NCBI GenBank assembly: GCA_027021395.1
Contig: JALUUK010000112.1
Location: forward strand, 1 to 63,575
DNA: 63,575 nt
DNA from: Acidobacteriota bacterium
Lineage (GTDB): Bacteria > Acidobacteriota > Polarisedimenticolia > J045
Direction: 5' to 3'
The notes below the pieces were generated by a model. That model did no database searches. It had not been told where the DNA came from and saw only the letters and a program-made list of their open reading frames with translations. A program made the position numbers and the translations under genes. Within the stretch, counting starts at the first letter, position 1. Each line of letters begins with the position of its first letter. This document shows positions 54,863 through 63,015 of this stretch, in pieces.

Positions 54863-55025
54863 GATTACCTCCATTTGTTTATTCCGCGTTATCCAAAATA
54901 TCATCCAGCACAAACTGTCGCCACTGTTCCTCAAGCCGCCTCCAGCAGCCACCACGGAATTATACCACTATCATCCATCGCGTAAACATCATGCATGTCG
55001 GATAAGACATTTTTCGGATTTTTTT

Positions 55026-55274
55026 CTACGGGCGACGGATCGGCTCGGGCATCAGAACATCGGATGCGCAGATGAGGCGGATGTTGCGGCAGCGGTGCAT
55101 GTAGAATTGCCGCGGCTCCTCACGGCAGAGGCACAGGGCGAGGAACCGGTCGTCAGATAGGAATCGGATGGGGCTGGCGATGCGGATCGTGCGTTCGCCG
55201 TGGCGGTCGGTGTACTCGAACTCCAGGACGTATTCGTCGGGGTTGCGCAATGCCTGGATCAGTGCGCTAATCAT
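55026..55274 (-). CDS. small WYL-like domain protein
   Basis: 82 aa. ..RTIRIASPIRFLSDDRFLALCLCREEPRQFYMHRCRNIRL fits the WYL-domain pattern (R.i.P..l...wyl.a.c....R.F...RI). Recalled, not computed. Confidence 0.35.
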   Translation of the reverse strand: MISALIQALRNPDEYVLEFEYTDRHGERTIRIASPIRFLSDDRFLALCLCREEPRQFYMHRCRNIRLICASDVLMPEPIRRP

Positions 55275-55482
55275 CGTTTTCGTCCTCGATCGACTTGATT
55301 GCGAACCGAAGCGTTTCGATCCCGATGACAGGCGGGGTCCACGGTGTGCGCGGGCATTGCATGCGCTTCTGCCGAACGCGGTCGCTCCATCGGCTTTGTA
55401 TGCGCTCGCATTGCTCGCGGATCTCTTCTTGAGAAGGGATCGGCGCCGTCCGTGGCGCCGCCCTTCGCTGCTTCCGTGCCAT
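55267..55482 (-). CDS. hypothetical basic small protein
   Basis: 71 aa from ATG 55482 (AAGGAGA 6-7 nt upstream). Confidence 0.45.
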   Translation of the reverse strand: MARKQRRAAPRTAPIPSQEEIREQCERIQSRWSDRVRQKRMQCPRTPWTPPVIGIETLRFAIKSIEDENDD

Positions 55483-55493
55483 CGCGCGTCTCC

Positions 55494-55790
55494 TTACCGG
55501 TGTTTGTTTGCGAGCCGTTCGCTCGGTCGGCACAGCCCACGCGGCTGCGCCCCGCTTTCGTACCACTGCTGACGGATCAGCTTCTTTTCCCTTGAGATGT
55601 AGGCGTCAAGCACCGCTTGCGCCTCTTGATCCGAGTCTGCACGCAGGAACATTTCCCTGATCTGGTCGTCAGTGAGATTGCCGTCATTGCACCGTTCTCC
55701 GCATTCACCACACACAGTTCCAAGCTCCTCCAAGGTCTTTGGTACCAACGGTTTGCGCACACACATCGCCATGCGCACAGTACGCCCCAA
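55494..55790 (-). CDS. hypothetical protein with CxxC motif
   Basis: 98 aa (start ambiguous, 55790/55772/55766). Contains CGECGERC. Confidence 0.45.
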   Translation of the reverse strand: MGRTVRMAMCVRKPLVPKTLEELGTVCGECGERCNDGNLTDDQIREMFLRADSDQEAQAVLDAYISREKKLIRQQWYESGAQPRGLCRPSERLANKHR

Positions 55791-56105
55791 CAGCGCAGAA
55801 GTCCTATAGGGCGGTCATCCTTGATTACCCCAAGGCCTGGCGTCGGTGTCCGATTGCCCAATGCGATCCCCAACCCACCCTACCTCCAAGCGGCCTGTTG
55901 CGAGCAAACCGCCATCGCTCGAAACACCTGGAGCCTACAGCATCACGCTGCGACCTCTGTACGCTTTGGTCCTGTCCACAGGGCGGTGGCACTAGCGGGA
56001 CTACTTGCGCCGAGGAGGCTTGCCGGCTGCCAGCCGGCGCCGGTTTTAAGGCCCGGTACGCCCAACGGTTCGCTGCCACCAGTGGCTATAAGTCGCCGAC
56101 CGTTC

Positions 56106-56390
56106 TTACGACTGCGGCGCATCGTCAGCGTCGTGCTGCGGTGCGTCTGTTTTCGGGTTGCCTCCGGAGTGCAATGCGGCGTCGATCTGTTCGAACCGCT
56201 CTTTGAGGCGTGAGATGAGATTTGTGATTCGATCGTTCTGTAGTTCAACGGCGTCGTGCAGGTCGTCGATTTTCTTTGCGAGCATTTTGATGGCATGCTC
56301 GTTGAACGTCGAGCGCCGCTCGTTGTTCCCGACCCGATCCATCGTGGAATGGAGCTGGTGCTTGACGTACTCGCTGAGGATACGACCCAC
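56106..56390 (-). CDS. coiled-coil hypothetical protein
   Basis: 94 aa from GTG 56390 (AAGGGG 6 nt upstream), just after the helicase stop. The heptad-like segment is AIKMLAKKIDDLHDAVELQNDRITNLISRLKERFEQID. Confidence 0.4.
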   Translation of the reverse strand: MGRILSEYVKHQLHSTMDRVGNNERRSTFNEHAIKMLAKKIDDLHDAVELQNDRITNLISRLKERFEQIDAALHSGGNPKTDAPQHDADDAPQS

Positions 56391-56404
56391 GGCAGACCCC
56401 TTGT

Positions 56405-58087
56405 TCAGTAGAGAGCGTCCTTCGGCACATTCGCGATCTTCCGGTGCCAATCGCTTGCCCTCTTGGGCATGAGCGGCAGGTTCCTGGGCGGATGGTGTGC
56501 CTTCCACGGTGCGAACTCGTACCGCGTACCTTGTGCGGCTTCGCGTGCGACGGACATGAAAAACTGCTGATACAGTTGGTTGAACGTCAGTTCACCGCCG
56601 TGCTTCTTCATTGCGTTCCAGTAGAGCCCACGCCATCTGCCTTCGTTTGAAGGGGCGTCCTTGATCTTCCACTGATCGATGGGTTTCCCGGAAACGAGCT
56701 TGAGTTTCCCATCCTCGTGGATGATGTTGCGGCACGGCTTGTTGATGTCGAATTTCGCCCCGCACTGCTCGCAGTAGAGCAGCCGTTTTTTCATGGAGTT
56801 GTGCAGGGCGCCGCAATGCGGGCACGCAACCCCTTCCAGTTTCCCGGTTTCCCTGATTCTGGATATTCGGTTTTTTGCCAGGACGTTTGCGTCGTCGGTT
56901 GCGAACGCTTCGTCCCAGTCTTGGTTTGCATTTGGAGACCCCCACCGCCACCAGTTCCCTCCGTGATCGGTGACGGTGACGGTCTCCGGGGTCAGCTCCG
57001 ACCTGCGTAGAGCACGACCAACCATTTGCAGGTAACTCCTATGGCTTCCTACCGGAGTTGCGAGGATGAGGTTCTTGATGAGGGGTTCATCGATCCCTTC
57101 TCGCAGGACGAACCTGTTCCAGATGATGTTGATTTCCCCATCCCGCCACTGCTGCATGAGTTCTTCGAACAGGCTGTTTTCGGTCCTCCGATCGTGCATT
57201 TCGCCGTCGCACCAGAAGTCGGTCCCATCGACATGCAGTGCTCGGTAGCCCATGGATGTGAACCATCTGGCAGCCCAGAGCGATTCCTGTACTCCCGGCG
57301 CGAACGCGATGGTGTGAGTCCTGGTTTCGTTGAGGCTCTGCCAGCTCTTGAGGATGTTCCCGATGATGGAAGCCCGCTTCTTCCCTTTCTCGGTCCCCCA
57401 CGTTTTCCGTGCCTGCGCCTCGGACATTGACAGGTCCACCTTCCAGGATGTGAGTTTCCTGGTGTCGAGTTCTGACGGCGCGAACACGATCGCTCTTGCG
57501 AGCACCCGTTCCTTGATGAGATCCCACGTTCCTGCTGCGCAGACTAGCTTATCGTATGCGAGCCCGAGCCCGAGCGGCGTTGCGGTTACGCCGATTATTT
57601 TCGCCCCGCGTGCCAGATACCCGCTGAGAAGCCCCAGATTGCCGCCTGTGGCCATTTTGTGTGCTTCATCGACGATTACCACGTCTGCGTCCACCCATTC
57701 GTCAGAATCCTTCTGGATGCGTGATTTGACGGTTTGGATGGTGCAGATTTGGACGGGCTCGGTTCTGTAGTCGAGGTATTCCATTTGTGCCGACCGGACG
57801 CCGAACGGGATGCCTGCTTCGGAGTAGACCCGGATGGTTTGCTGCGTGAGCAGGATGCGGTCCATGAACAAGGCGACCCGTTTTCCTTGGTTGAGAGCCC
57901 ACCGGATGAGTGCCATCTGCATTTCGGTTTTCCCGGACCCTGTTGGGGATGTGAGGCAGACGGCGCGTTCGCCGTTGGAGATGGCGTTGATCGTCTGTTC
58001 TACGCCGTAGACTTGGTGTTTCCACGGGGCGTCTACGGAGAAGATCGACGCTTCGGTAATCATCTCGTCAGCCTCTGCTGTCATCAT
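56405..58087 (-). CDS. SF2 DEAD/DEAH-box helicase (ResIII-type) with C-terminal zinc ribbon
   Basis: 560 aa. Motif I TSPTGSGKT, motif II VIVDEAHK, motif III VTATP, motif VI QMVGRALRR. Also CPHCG..x12..CEQCG. Confidence 0.85.
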   Translation of the reverse strand: MMTAEADEMITEASIFSVDAPWKHQVYGVEQTINAISNGERAVCLTSPTGSGKTEMQMALIRWALNQGKRVALFMDRILLTQQTIRVYSEAGIPFGVRSAQMEYLDYRTEPVQICTIQTVKSRIQKDSDEWVDADVVIVDEAHKMATGGNLGLLSGYLARGAKIIGVTATPLGLGLAYDKLVCAAGTWDLIKERVLARAIVFAPSELDTRKLTSWKVDLSMSEAQARKTWGTEKGKKRASIIGNILKSWQSLNETRTHTIAFAPGVQESLWAARWFTSMGYRALHVDGTDFWCDGEMHDRRTENSLFEELMQQWRDGEINIIWNRFVLREGIDEPLIKNLILATPVGSHRSYLQMVGRALRRSELTPETVTVTDHGGNWWRWGSPNANQDWDEAFATDDANVLAKNRISRIRETGKLEGVACPHCGALHNSMKKRLLYCEQCGAKFDINKPCRNIIHEDGKLKLVSGKPIDQWKIKDAPSNEGRWRGLYWNAMKKHGGELTFNQLYQQFFMSVAREAAQGTRYEFAPWKAHHPPRNLPLMPKRASDWHRKIANVPKDALY

Positions 58088-58965
58088 GATTCTTCTGGCA
58101 CCCCAAGGAACTCCCGCGTGTACTCCATCGCATTGTCGATGGCGTCCATGATGATCGATCGCGTCCCATCGTTTGGCAGATTGAGCGCATCCGCCGCCTT
58201 GTCGATGAGGCGGATCACCTCGCCGAATTTGGCGTCGATCTGGTTCCAGTAGACGTGCGGATCGAGCTTCGGCTGAGGCTTCTTCTTTTTGCGTTTCGGC
58301 AGCGCCTTGATGAGATCGCCGATTTTCGCTGCCTGCCCGACCCTGACCTTGCGCACGATGACGATTTGCTCTTCTTCCGGCAGTTCCGCGAGCGCTTGCA
58401 GCTCCTCTTCGGTTGCGACGACCGAACCGCTTTCAATCGCCCTTCTCGCCGGCGTGCACAGCTTCTCTACGAGGTCGTGGAAATCCACCGCCCGTCTGAC
58501 GGTAGCCCTGGAGAGCCCGAGTTCATTCGAGACGCTTCGCGACTTCGGAGATAAGTCTTTCTCCTTGCGTTGCTTGGGTTTATGCTCGTCCGCTGGTTTT
58601 TCTTCGCTGATTTTCTTTGCGATCGTTTTCGCACGGCATGCGATCCCGATTTTCCTGATCTGGAGCCGTGCTTGCAGGCTGAGGTTCCGCCTGTCGGTTG
58701 CCCTACTGATCGCGATGGCCTTGATTTCGTTCCGCGATCGCCCTACGCCGATTTCTTTCGCCGGACATTGGATGCCGAGTTCCTGCGCGATTTTGAAGCG
58801 GTGCACGCCATCGACGATGATGTTCTTGCTTCCGTCGAACCAGTAGAGTACGGGGTCTGTGATTTCCCCTTCCCACTCAATGGCCGATTTGAGTGCTTGG
58901 TAGTCGTCTGGTTCGAGCGCCGGAATCTCTGCGTGCAGGTCGTCATCAATGAAGAGTTCAGGCAT
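58084..58965 (-). CDS. ParB-like nuclease domain protein with C-terminal HTH
   Basis: 293 aa from ATG 58965 (GGAGA upstream). ..PVLYWFDGSKNIIVDGVHRFKIAQELG is the ParB/Srx N-domain motif. ..LGLSRATVRRAV is HTH-like. Confidence 0.7.
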   Translation of the reverse strand: MPELFIDDDLHAEIPALEPDDYQALKSAIEWEGEITDPVLYWFDGSKNIIVDGVHRFKIAQELGIQCPAKEIGVGRSRNEIKAIAISRATDRRNLSLQARLQIRKIGIACRAKTIAKKISEEKPADEHKPKQRKEKDLSPKSRSVSNELGLSRATVRRAVDFHDLVEKLCTPARRAIESGSVVATEEELQALAELPEEEQIVIVRKVRVGQAAKIGDLIKALPKRKKKKPQPKLDPHVYWNQIDAKFGEVIRLIDKAADALNLPNDGTRSIIMDAIDNAMEYTREFLGVPEES

Positions 58966-59011
58966 TTTCGTCTCCACCACCGATCCAGTTTTTTCGATCC
59001 AGCCGTTTCCG

Positions 59012-59407
59012 TCAACGCTGTTTCGCCCATTTCCCGCGAGACGGGCGCTTTGCTCTTGGCAATCTTCCACCCAACCACAAGCCAGCCAAGTACTTGCGAT
59101 CGTAGAATTTTCCGTCGAATTTTTTCTTGAGCCAGAGCAATTCTGCCAACGTGATCTTTGGCATTGCCGCGCCGTCGATGACGCACCGCAGCCCGTGTGC
59201 GAGTTTGTGGCACAGCGAGCAGAGCATGACGACTTCCCGCCGGTCGTCGTGCCTTCTGCCGATTCCAGGGATGATGTGATGCGCTTCGATAATCATCGGG
59301 AAATGCCACGGATCGCCGTATCTCCAGCCGCAGTACCAGCATTCAGCGTTTTCGATTCTTAGGCTTTCGATGGTACTCGGGCTGCGCTGTGTCCGGGTAT
59401 TGTTCAT
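59012..59407 (-). CDS. HNH endonuclease
   Basis: About 131 aa (ATG 59407 or 59425). CWYCGW..EAHHIIPG..LCSLCHKLAHG is the HNH beta-beta-alpha-metal motif. Overlaps both neighbouring genes. Confidence 0.75.
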   Translation of the reverse strand: MNNTRTQRSPSTIESLRIENAECWYCGWRYGDPWHFPMIIEAHHIIPGIGRRHDDRREVVMLCSLCHKLAHGLRCVIDGAAMPKITLAELLWLKKKFDGKFYDRKYLAGLWLGGRLPRAKRPSRGKWAKQR

Positions 59408-59708
59408 CGACGCTCTTCCATCCATCGTATCCGTCGCCGAGGTATCGATCGAAGTTTTTGACGAAAGCAGAGCTGTCGAGTGCGATTTCCTCGAACACAG
59501 CGACGAGCACAGGCTTTTCGCCCCGGTTCCAGTACAGCTTGTCCGGGTGCATGTATTCCCCCTCGACATCGACTTTGGTTTCCGACGAGAGGAATGGCAG
59601 TTTACACCATTTCGCAAGGGTTGCGATCCCTTGCATCTTCGGTGGTTCGTTATTTTCCTGCGAAACGATTTCAACGCTTCGCACGAGCAGAATTGGCATG
59701 ACTTGCAT
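59343..59708 (-). CDS. hypothetical protein
   Basis: 121 aa, coupled to its neighbours. Confidence 0.5.
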   Translation of the reverse strand: MQVMPILLVRSVEIVSQENNEPPKMQGIATLAKWCKLPFLSSETKVDVEGEYMHPDKLYWNRGEKPVLVAVFEEIALDSSAFVKNFDRYLGDGYDGWKSVDEQYPDTAQPEYHRKPKNRKR

Positions 59709-59965
59709 CAGGATTCCTCCACATTCTCGTCGTCCTTCTCGGCAGCCGTGCTGTCGGTTTCTTCGAAACCTTTGCCCTCAGCCTTTGCGACGGCCTCAAG
59801 CACCGCTTGAGCGGCTTCGCCGCATTCTTTGCACTGTTCGCCGCCCACAGCCGCGATGGCGTTGAGGATGGCGACAGCCTTTGTGATCGTCCGCATCGCC
59901 TGTGCGGCGACTTCGACGCCGATGTTGCCGTCTTGATCAACCTTGCATCTCACTATCGTCCCCAT
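59708..59965 (-). CDS. hypothetical small protein
   Basis: 85 aa from ATG 59965 (GGAGGA at 59971-59976). Confidence 0.45.
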   Translation of the reverse strand: MGTIVRCKVDQDGNIGVEVAAQAMRTITKAVAILNAIAAVGGEQCKECGEAAQAVLEAVAKAEGKGFEETDSTAAEKDDENVEES

Positions 59966-60626
59966 CGTGTTCCTCCAGTTCTTTTTCGCAGAGTTCAAGT
60001 TCTTCGGCTGTCCACTGCCGGAAATCGATTGCGTCGAAGTCACGTCCAACGACGCTGCACACCCATTCGCGGAAGCATTCCGCGAGTTTTTCCCTTGGCG
60101 TGTCTTGTGGCAGCTTCCGACCGATCTTCTCGTGCCACTTTCGTTTGATGGCGATCATGTCGGGCTGCGTGATTTTCCCGGCCATCTTCCGGAAGAACTC
60201 CGGGGTGTGCTTTTCGGGGTCCTCTGCCGCGTACGGCAGGTTGAGCAGTTGGCAGATGGCGTATTTGTGCGCCGCGGTGAGTGCCTTGCTTGAGGCTTTG
60301 TCTCCGCCGTCCATGCCTTCACCGACGACGGTTGCGGTTATGCACGAACCATCCTCCGCGTAGAACGAGTATTCCACAGTGAGCATGGAGTATATGATGG
60401 TTCCTCCGTTCCGTGTGGTTCCCATTTCCCGTTTTTGGTCAATCACCTTGGGAACTGAGAATATGCCGTGCTTTGCGAACAGCGGCTGCACGCGGTTGTA
60501 GACCTGTTCTGCTGAGCGGTAGGGGTATTTCTGCTGTTCGTTCATGGCGTCCTTGCCGATTGCCCCGACCTCACGCATGACCGCGATAATAGCCTGTCGT
60601 ATTCCAGCCCCCTCAGAATGGCTCAT
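59937..60626 (-). CDS. erf: Erf-family single-strand annealing protein
   Basis: 229 aa from ATG 60626. QKYPYRSAEQVYNRVQPLF and GMDGGDKASSKALTAAHKYAICQLLNLP parallel P22 Erf (KYKYRSCEDILEGVKPLL; GMDAAQVTGATSSYARKYCLNGLFGI). Confidence 0.8.
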   Translation of the reverse strand: MSHSEGAGIRQAIIAVMREVGAIGKDAMNEQQKYPYRSAEQVYNRVQPLFAKHGIFSVPKVIDQKREMGTTRNGGTIIYSMLTVEYSFYAEDGSCITATVVGEGMDGGDKASSKALTAAHKYAICQLLNLPYAAEDPEKHTPEFFRKMAGKITQPDMIAIKRKWHEKIGRKLPQDTPREKLAECFREWVCSVVGRDFDAIDFRQWTAEELELCEKELEEHDGDDSEMQG

Positions 60627-61287
60627 TGACGATCTCCCTGTATTTTTCCCTGAGTTTGTCACGGAACCGGATGACCGCAGGCGCGAGGATTTCGTTGATG
60701 TAGCCGTCATCCCGTTCGACCTTCTTGATGAACAGCGGGTTGACGCCACTTGCCTCGAGGCGTGGGTCGAACGAGCAGAAGCAGTAGAATTTCTTCTTGG
60801 CAATCCACAGCGAGCCCTGCACCTGTTCGATGTGTTTCTCCGGCATTTCGCCATCCAGCATGGTCCTGATGTGGACCGCCGGGTTTGCCGGGCATTTTAT
60901 TTCCAGCAGCCCATCCTCGCCGATGATTCCATCTGGCGAGCATCCGATTCCTGGCTCTGTCGGATGCTGGATGTAGGCGAACTCGCCCTCTGGCAGGGTT
61001 GGCGGCGTTCCGAACCGTTTTTCGATTGCCTCAACCGCGGCGTCGAATGCGTGGCTTTCCCACTCGGATCCCCACCGCATTGCGGCGTTCTGCCATCTGT
61101 CGATCGGCATTCCCGTGAGGAGTTCCGCGAGCAGTTCCTCCATGTACCGCATGGCGGTTTCGGACATTTCGCCGGCATCCCTGGCGGCTTTTGTCCTGGG
61201 TTTGGTGAGCACATCTTTGAATCTGGACGCTGTGACATCGCCCAGGCGTGCCATCCTCCATTCAGTCGTCCGTTGTTTCATGGTCAT
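60613..61287 (-). CDS. YqaJ-like / lambda-exonuclease-type recombination exonuclease (PD-(D/E)xK)
   Basis: 224 aa. RLGDVTASRF (YqaJ N-terminal motif) and GCSPDGIIGEDGLLEIKCP (D..ExK core). Confidence 0.8.
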   Translation of the reverse strand: MTMKQRTTEWRMARLGDVTASRFKDVLTKPRTKAARDAGEMSETAMRYMEELLAELLTGMPIDRWQNAAMRWGSEWESHAFDAAVEAIEKRFGTPPTLPEGEFAYIQHPTEPGIGCSPDGIIGEDGLLEIKCPANPAVHIRTMLDGEMPEKHIEQVQGSLWIAKKKFYCFCSFDPRLEASGVNPLFIKKVERDDGYINEILAPAVIRFRDKLREKYREIVNEPF

Positions 61288-61378
61288 CCCCCGCGATGTA
61301 TTCGACGAGCACAGCCACTAGGAGAGGCACGCATATGAGTGCGCACGATATGACGGCGATCACGATGGGGTCACTCAT
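61262..61378 (-). CDS. possible 38-aa TM peptide (below the track cutoff)
   Basis: Translated by hand: MSDPIVIAVISCALICVPLLVAVLVEYIAGDDHETTDD. ATG 61378 overlaps the upstream TGA (ATGA). Confidence 0.3.
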   Translation of the reverse strand: MSDPIVIAVISCALICVPLLVAVLVEYIAGDDHETTDD

Positions 61379-61752
61379 TTGCATGGATCAGCGCTGATGA
61401 TGTTTCGATACATGGACAGGAACGGAATACGCCATCCGTACACGTTGAACCGGTATGTTGCGCCGGGCTGGATTTCCCCGTATATGTCCGACGAGTTGAA
61501 CTTCAGGTACATCAAACTATCCTTGTTGCACAAGGTTTCCTTGTCCGTGAAGACGAGATAGATGCGCTTTGTGGAACTGCCCGACCCTGTGACCACTGCT
61601 TCGGTTTTCTTTACAGTTGCGGTGACTGAATCGCGTGTCCCGTAAGTAAATGCACACGGAATGGTCACAATGAGGCATACGCCGATGGTGGTCAATGCGA
61701 TGCCCTTGTATCGCCTGATGACTCTGCCGAATTTTCCTTTCATGTCATCCAT
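61375..61752 (-). CDS. membrane-anchored protein (DUF1523-like)
   Basis: 125 aa from ATG 61752. N-terminal TM segment IALTTIGVCLIVTIPCAF. ..YLKFNSSDIYGEIQPGATYRFNVYGWRIPFLSMYRNI resembles DUF1523. Recalled, not computed. Confidence 0.4.
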   Translation of the reverse strand: MDDMKGKFGRVIRRYKGIALTTIGVCLIVTIPCAFTYGTRDSVTATVKKTEAVVTGSGSSTKRIYLVFTDKETLCNKDSLMYLKFNSSDIYGEIQPGATYRFNVYGWRIPFLSMYRNIISADPCK

Positions 61753-62020
61753 CGTACAGCTCCCGGTGTCTGTTTTTGAACTCGATTGCGAACCGCTTCG
61801 GTGGCATGAGGGTATGCCACAGCTCCATGTCGATGGCCCGTGCGAACCGTTCCGCCGTTTGCAGTCGCACCGCCCGCTTGCCGTTGACGACATCTGACAC
61901 GAACGACTGGTGGCATCGCATCTTCTTTGCGATCCTGGTTTGCGTGAGCCGATGTTTCTGCATGGCGTATCGGATGTTCTGCGCAAACCGTTCGACGATA
62001 GCAGGAGTGTCCATTCTCAT
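61745..62020 (-). CDS. XRE-family (Cro/CI-type) HTH transcriptional regulator
   Basis: 91 aa. ..IRYAMQKHRLTQTRIAKKMRCHQSFVSDVVNGKR is a typical HTH_3 pattern. Confidence 0.75.
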   Translation of the reverse strand: MRMDTPAIVERFAQNIRYAMQKHRLTQTRIAKKMRCHQSFVSDVVNGKRAVRLQTAERFARAIDMELWHTLMPPKRFAIEFKNRHRELYDG

Positions 62021-62331
62021 CCCCTTTGGTTAATGTCGATGCTGTATGTTGCGATCCTTCGCTCAAGCTTTTCCAGGTATGCGATCCAGTCACACCAGCA
62101 CGATGGCAGGTCGCAGATCCCGATGACGACGACCGGCAACCAGTCGCAATCTGAGACATCAAGCGACACGTTGGCAGTTTGAAGGTCTGGCTCGTGCCAT
62201 ACCTTTTTTCCCATCGGCGTGTCAGCCTCGCATCGTTTTTCGACGATGCAGAGTTCTTTTGCGATGGCTTCCTCGAACGGCTCCAGGAAGTCGTCGCTGA
62301 TCGGGTCGCCCAAGTCGATGACCTTTTGCAT
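62017..62331 (-). CDS. hypothetical acidic protein
   Basis: 104 aa. First gene after the 62332-62713 gap. Confidence 0.5.
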   Translation of the reverse strand: MQKVIDLGDPISDDFLEPFEEAIAKELCIVEKRCEADTPMGKKVWHEPDLQTANVSLDVSDCDWLPVVVIGICDLPSCWCDWIAYLEKLERRIATYSIDINQRG

Positions 62332-62580
62332 ATGCTGGACTCCTCAGCCAACTACGCGAAGAACCGCGTTGGAAGGGCTAAAAGAAATCATAGCCATTCC
62401 CATATACATGAATAGCCCCTCGTTTGGTTTTTTTCTGGTTGCAACCGATTTTTGCTTGGATCATCGCATTCCATCGGTCGTCTTTCCGAGATTGCGTCGC
62501 ACCGCGTTGCCAGGCACTTTTCTCTATCCGCTTCGCCCATGCTGCCCATGTTAATTACCATTATTCGGTACAGATGGGCA

Positions 62581-62618
62581 CCTGTTTTTAGGTGTCATGG
62601 GTGACACCTAAAAACAGG
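62581..62618. repeat. 38-bp palindromic element, copy 2
   Basis: CCTGTTTTTAGGTGTCAtgggTGACACCTAAAAACAGG, a 17-bp perfect inverted repeat around a 4-nt centre. It is the reverse complement of 7299..7337 apart from 2 mismatches. Confidence 0.85.
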
Positions 62619-62713
62619 CGGGGTTGTCCGGTCCTGGGGGGTTGTACAAAACTCGTGGTGTGTGGCGGTACTTATTGAGTGCCACCATTGCGAGTGCTTT
62701 CGCATGACATTCA

Positions 62714-62794
62714 TTATTTGCTCATGAGGGCACACATTCCGACGGCGAACGCCGCGATCACACACACGAGCAGAATCGTTTCGAGTACGGGCAT
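62714..62794 (-). CDS. possible 26-aa TM peptide
   Basis: MPVLETILLVCVIAAFAVGMCALMSK, with AAGGAGGA 9 nt upstream of ATG 62794. Overlaps the 3' end of 62758..62970 in another frame. Confidence 0.3.
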   Translation of the reverse strand: MPVLETILLVCVIAAFAVGMCALMSK

Positions 62795-62970
62795 TGTCTT
62801 GCATCCTCCTTGACGAGGTTCAGGTGCCATCCTCTGGCGTCGTAGATGATCCCTTGTGGCCAGACACCGAACATCCGTTTCCAGGTAGCGATTGCTCGGT
62901 GGTACCGTTCGAACGGCAGTGTATTGAGCCACCGCCAGTGTCTCCAGTGTTTTGTAGATTCGTTTGACAT
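62758..62970 (-). CDS. hypothetical Trp/Arg/His-rich protein directly downstream of the repeat array
   Basis: 70 aa from ATG 62970 (GGAGGA at 62975-62980). Begins MSNESTKHWRHWRWLNTLPFERYHRAIATWKRMF... Confidence 0.5.
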   Translation of the reverse strand: MSNESTKHWRHWRWLNTLPFERYHRAIATWKRMFGVWPQGIIYDARGWHLNLVKEDARQCPYSKRFCSCV

Positions 62971-63015
62971 ATCATCCTCCGCAGTTTTTGGGTGTTCTAT
63001 CCCATCATTTTGCTC

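Noticed and set aside
55791-56105. A tRNA gene in the 315-bp gap.
   Set aside because: No acceptor-stem/T-arm arrangement (GTTCRANYC flanked by a 5-bp stem) could be found on either strand.
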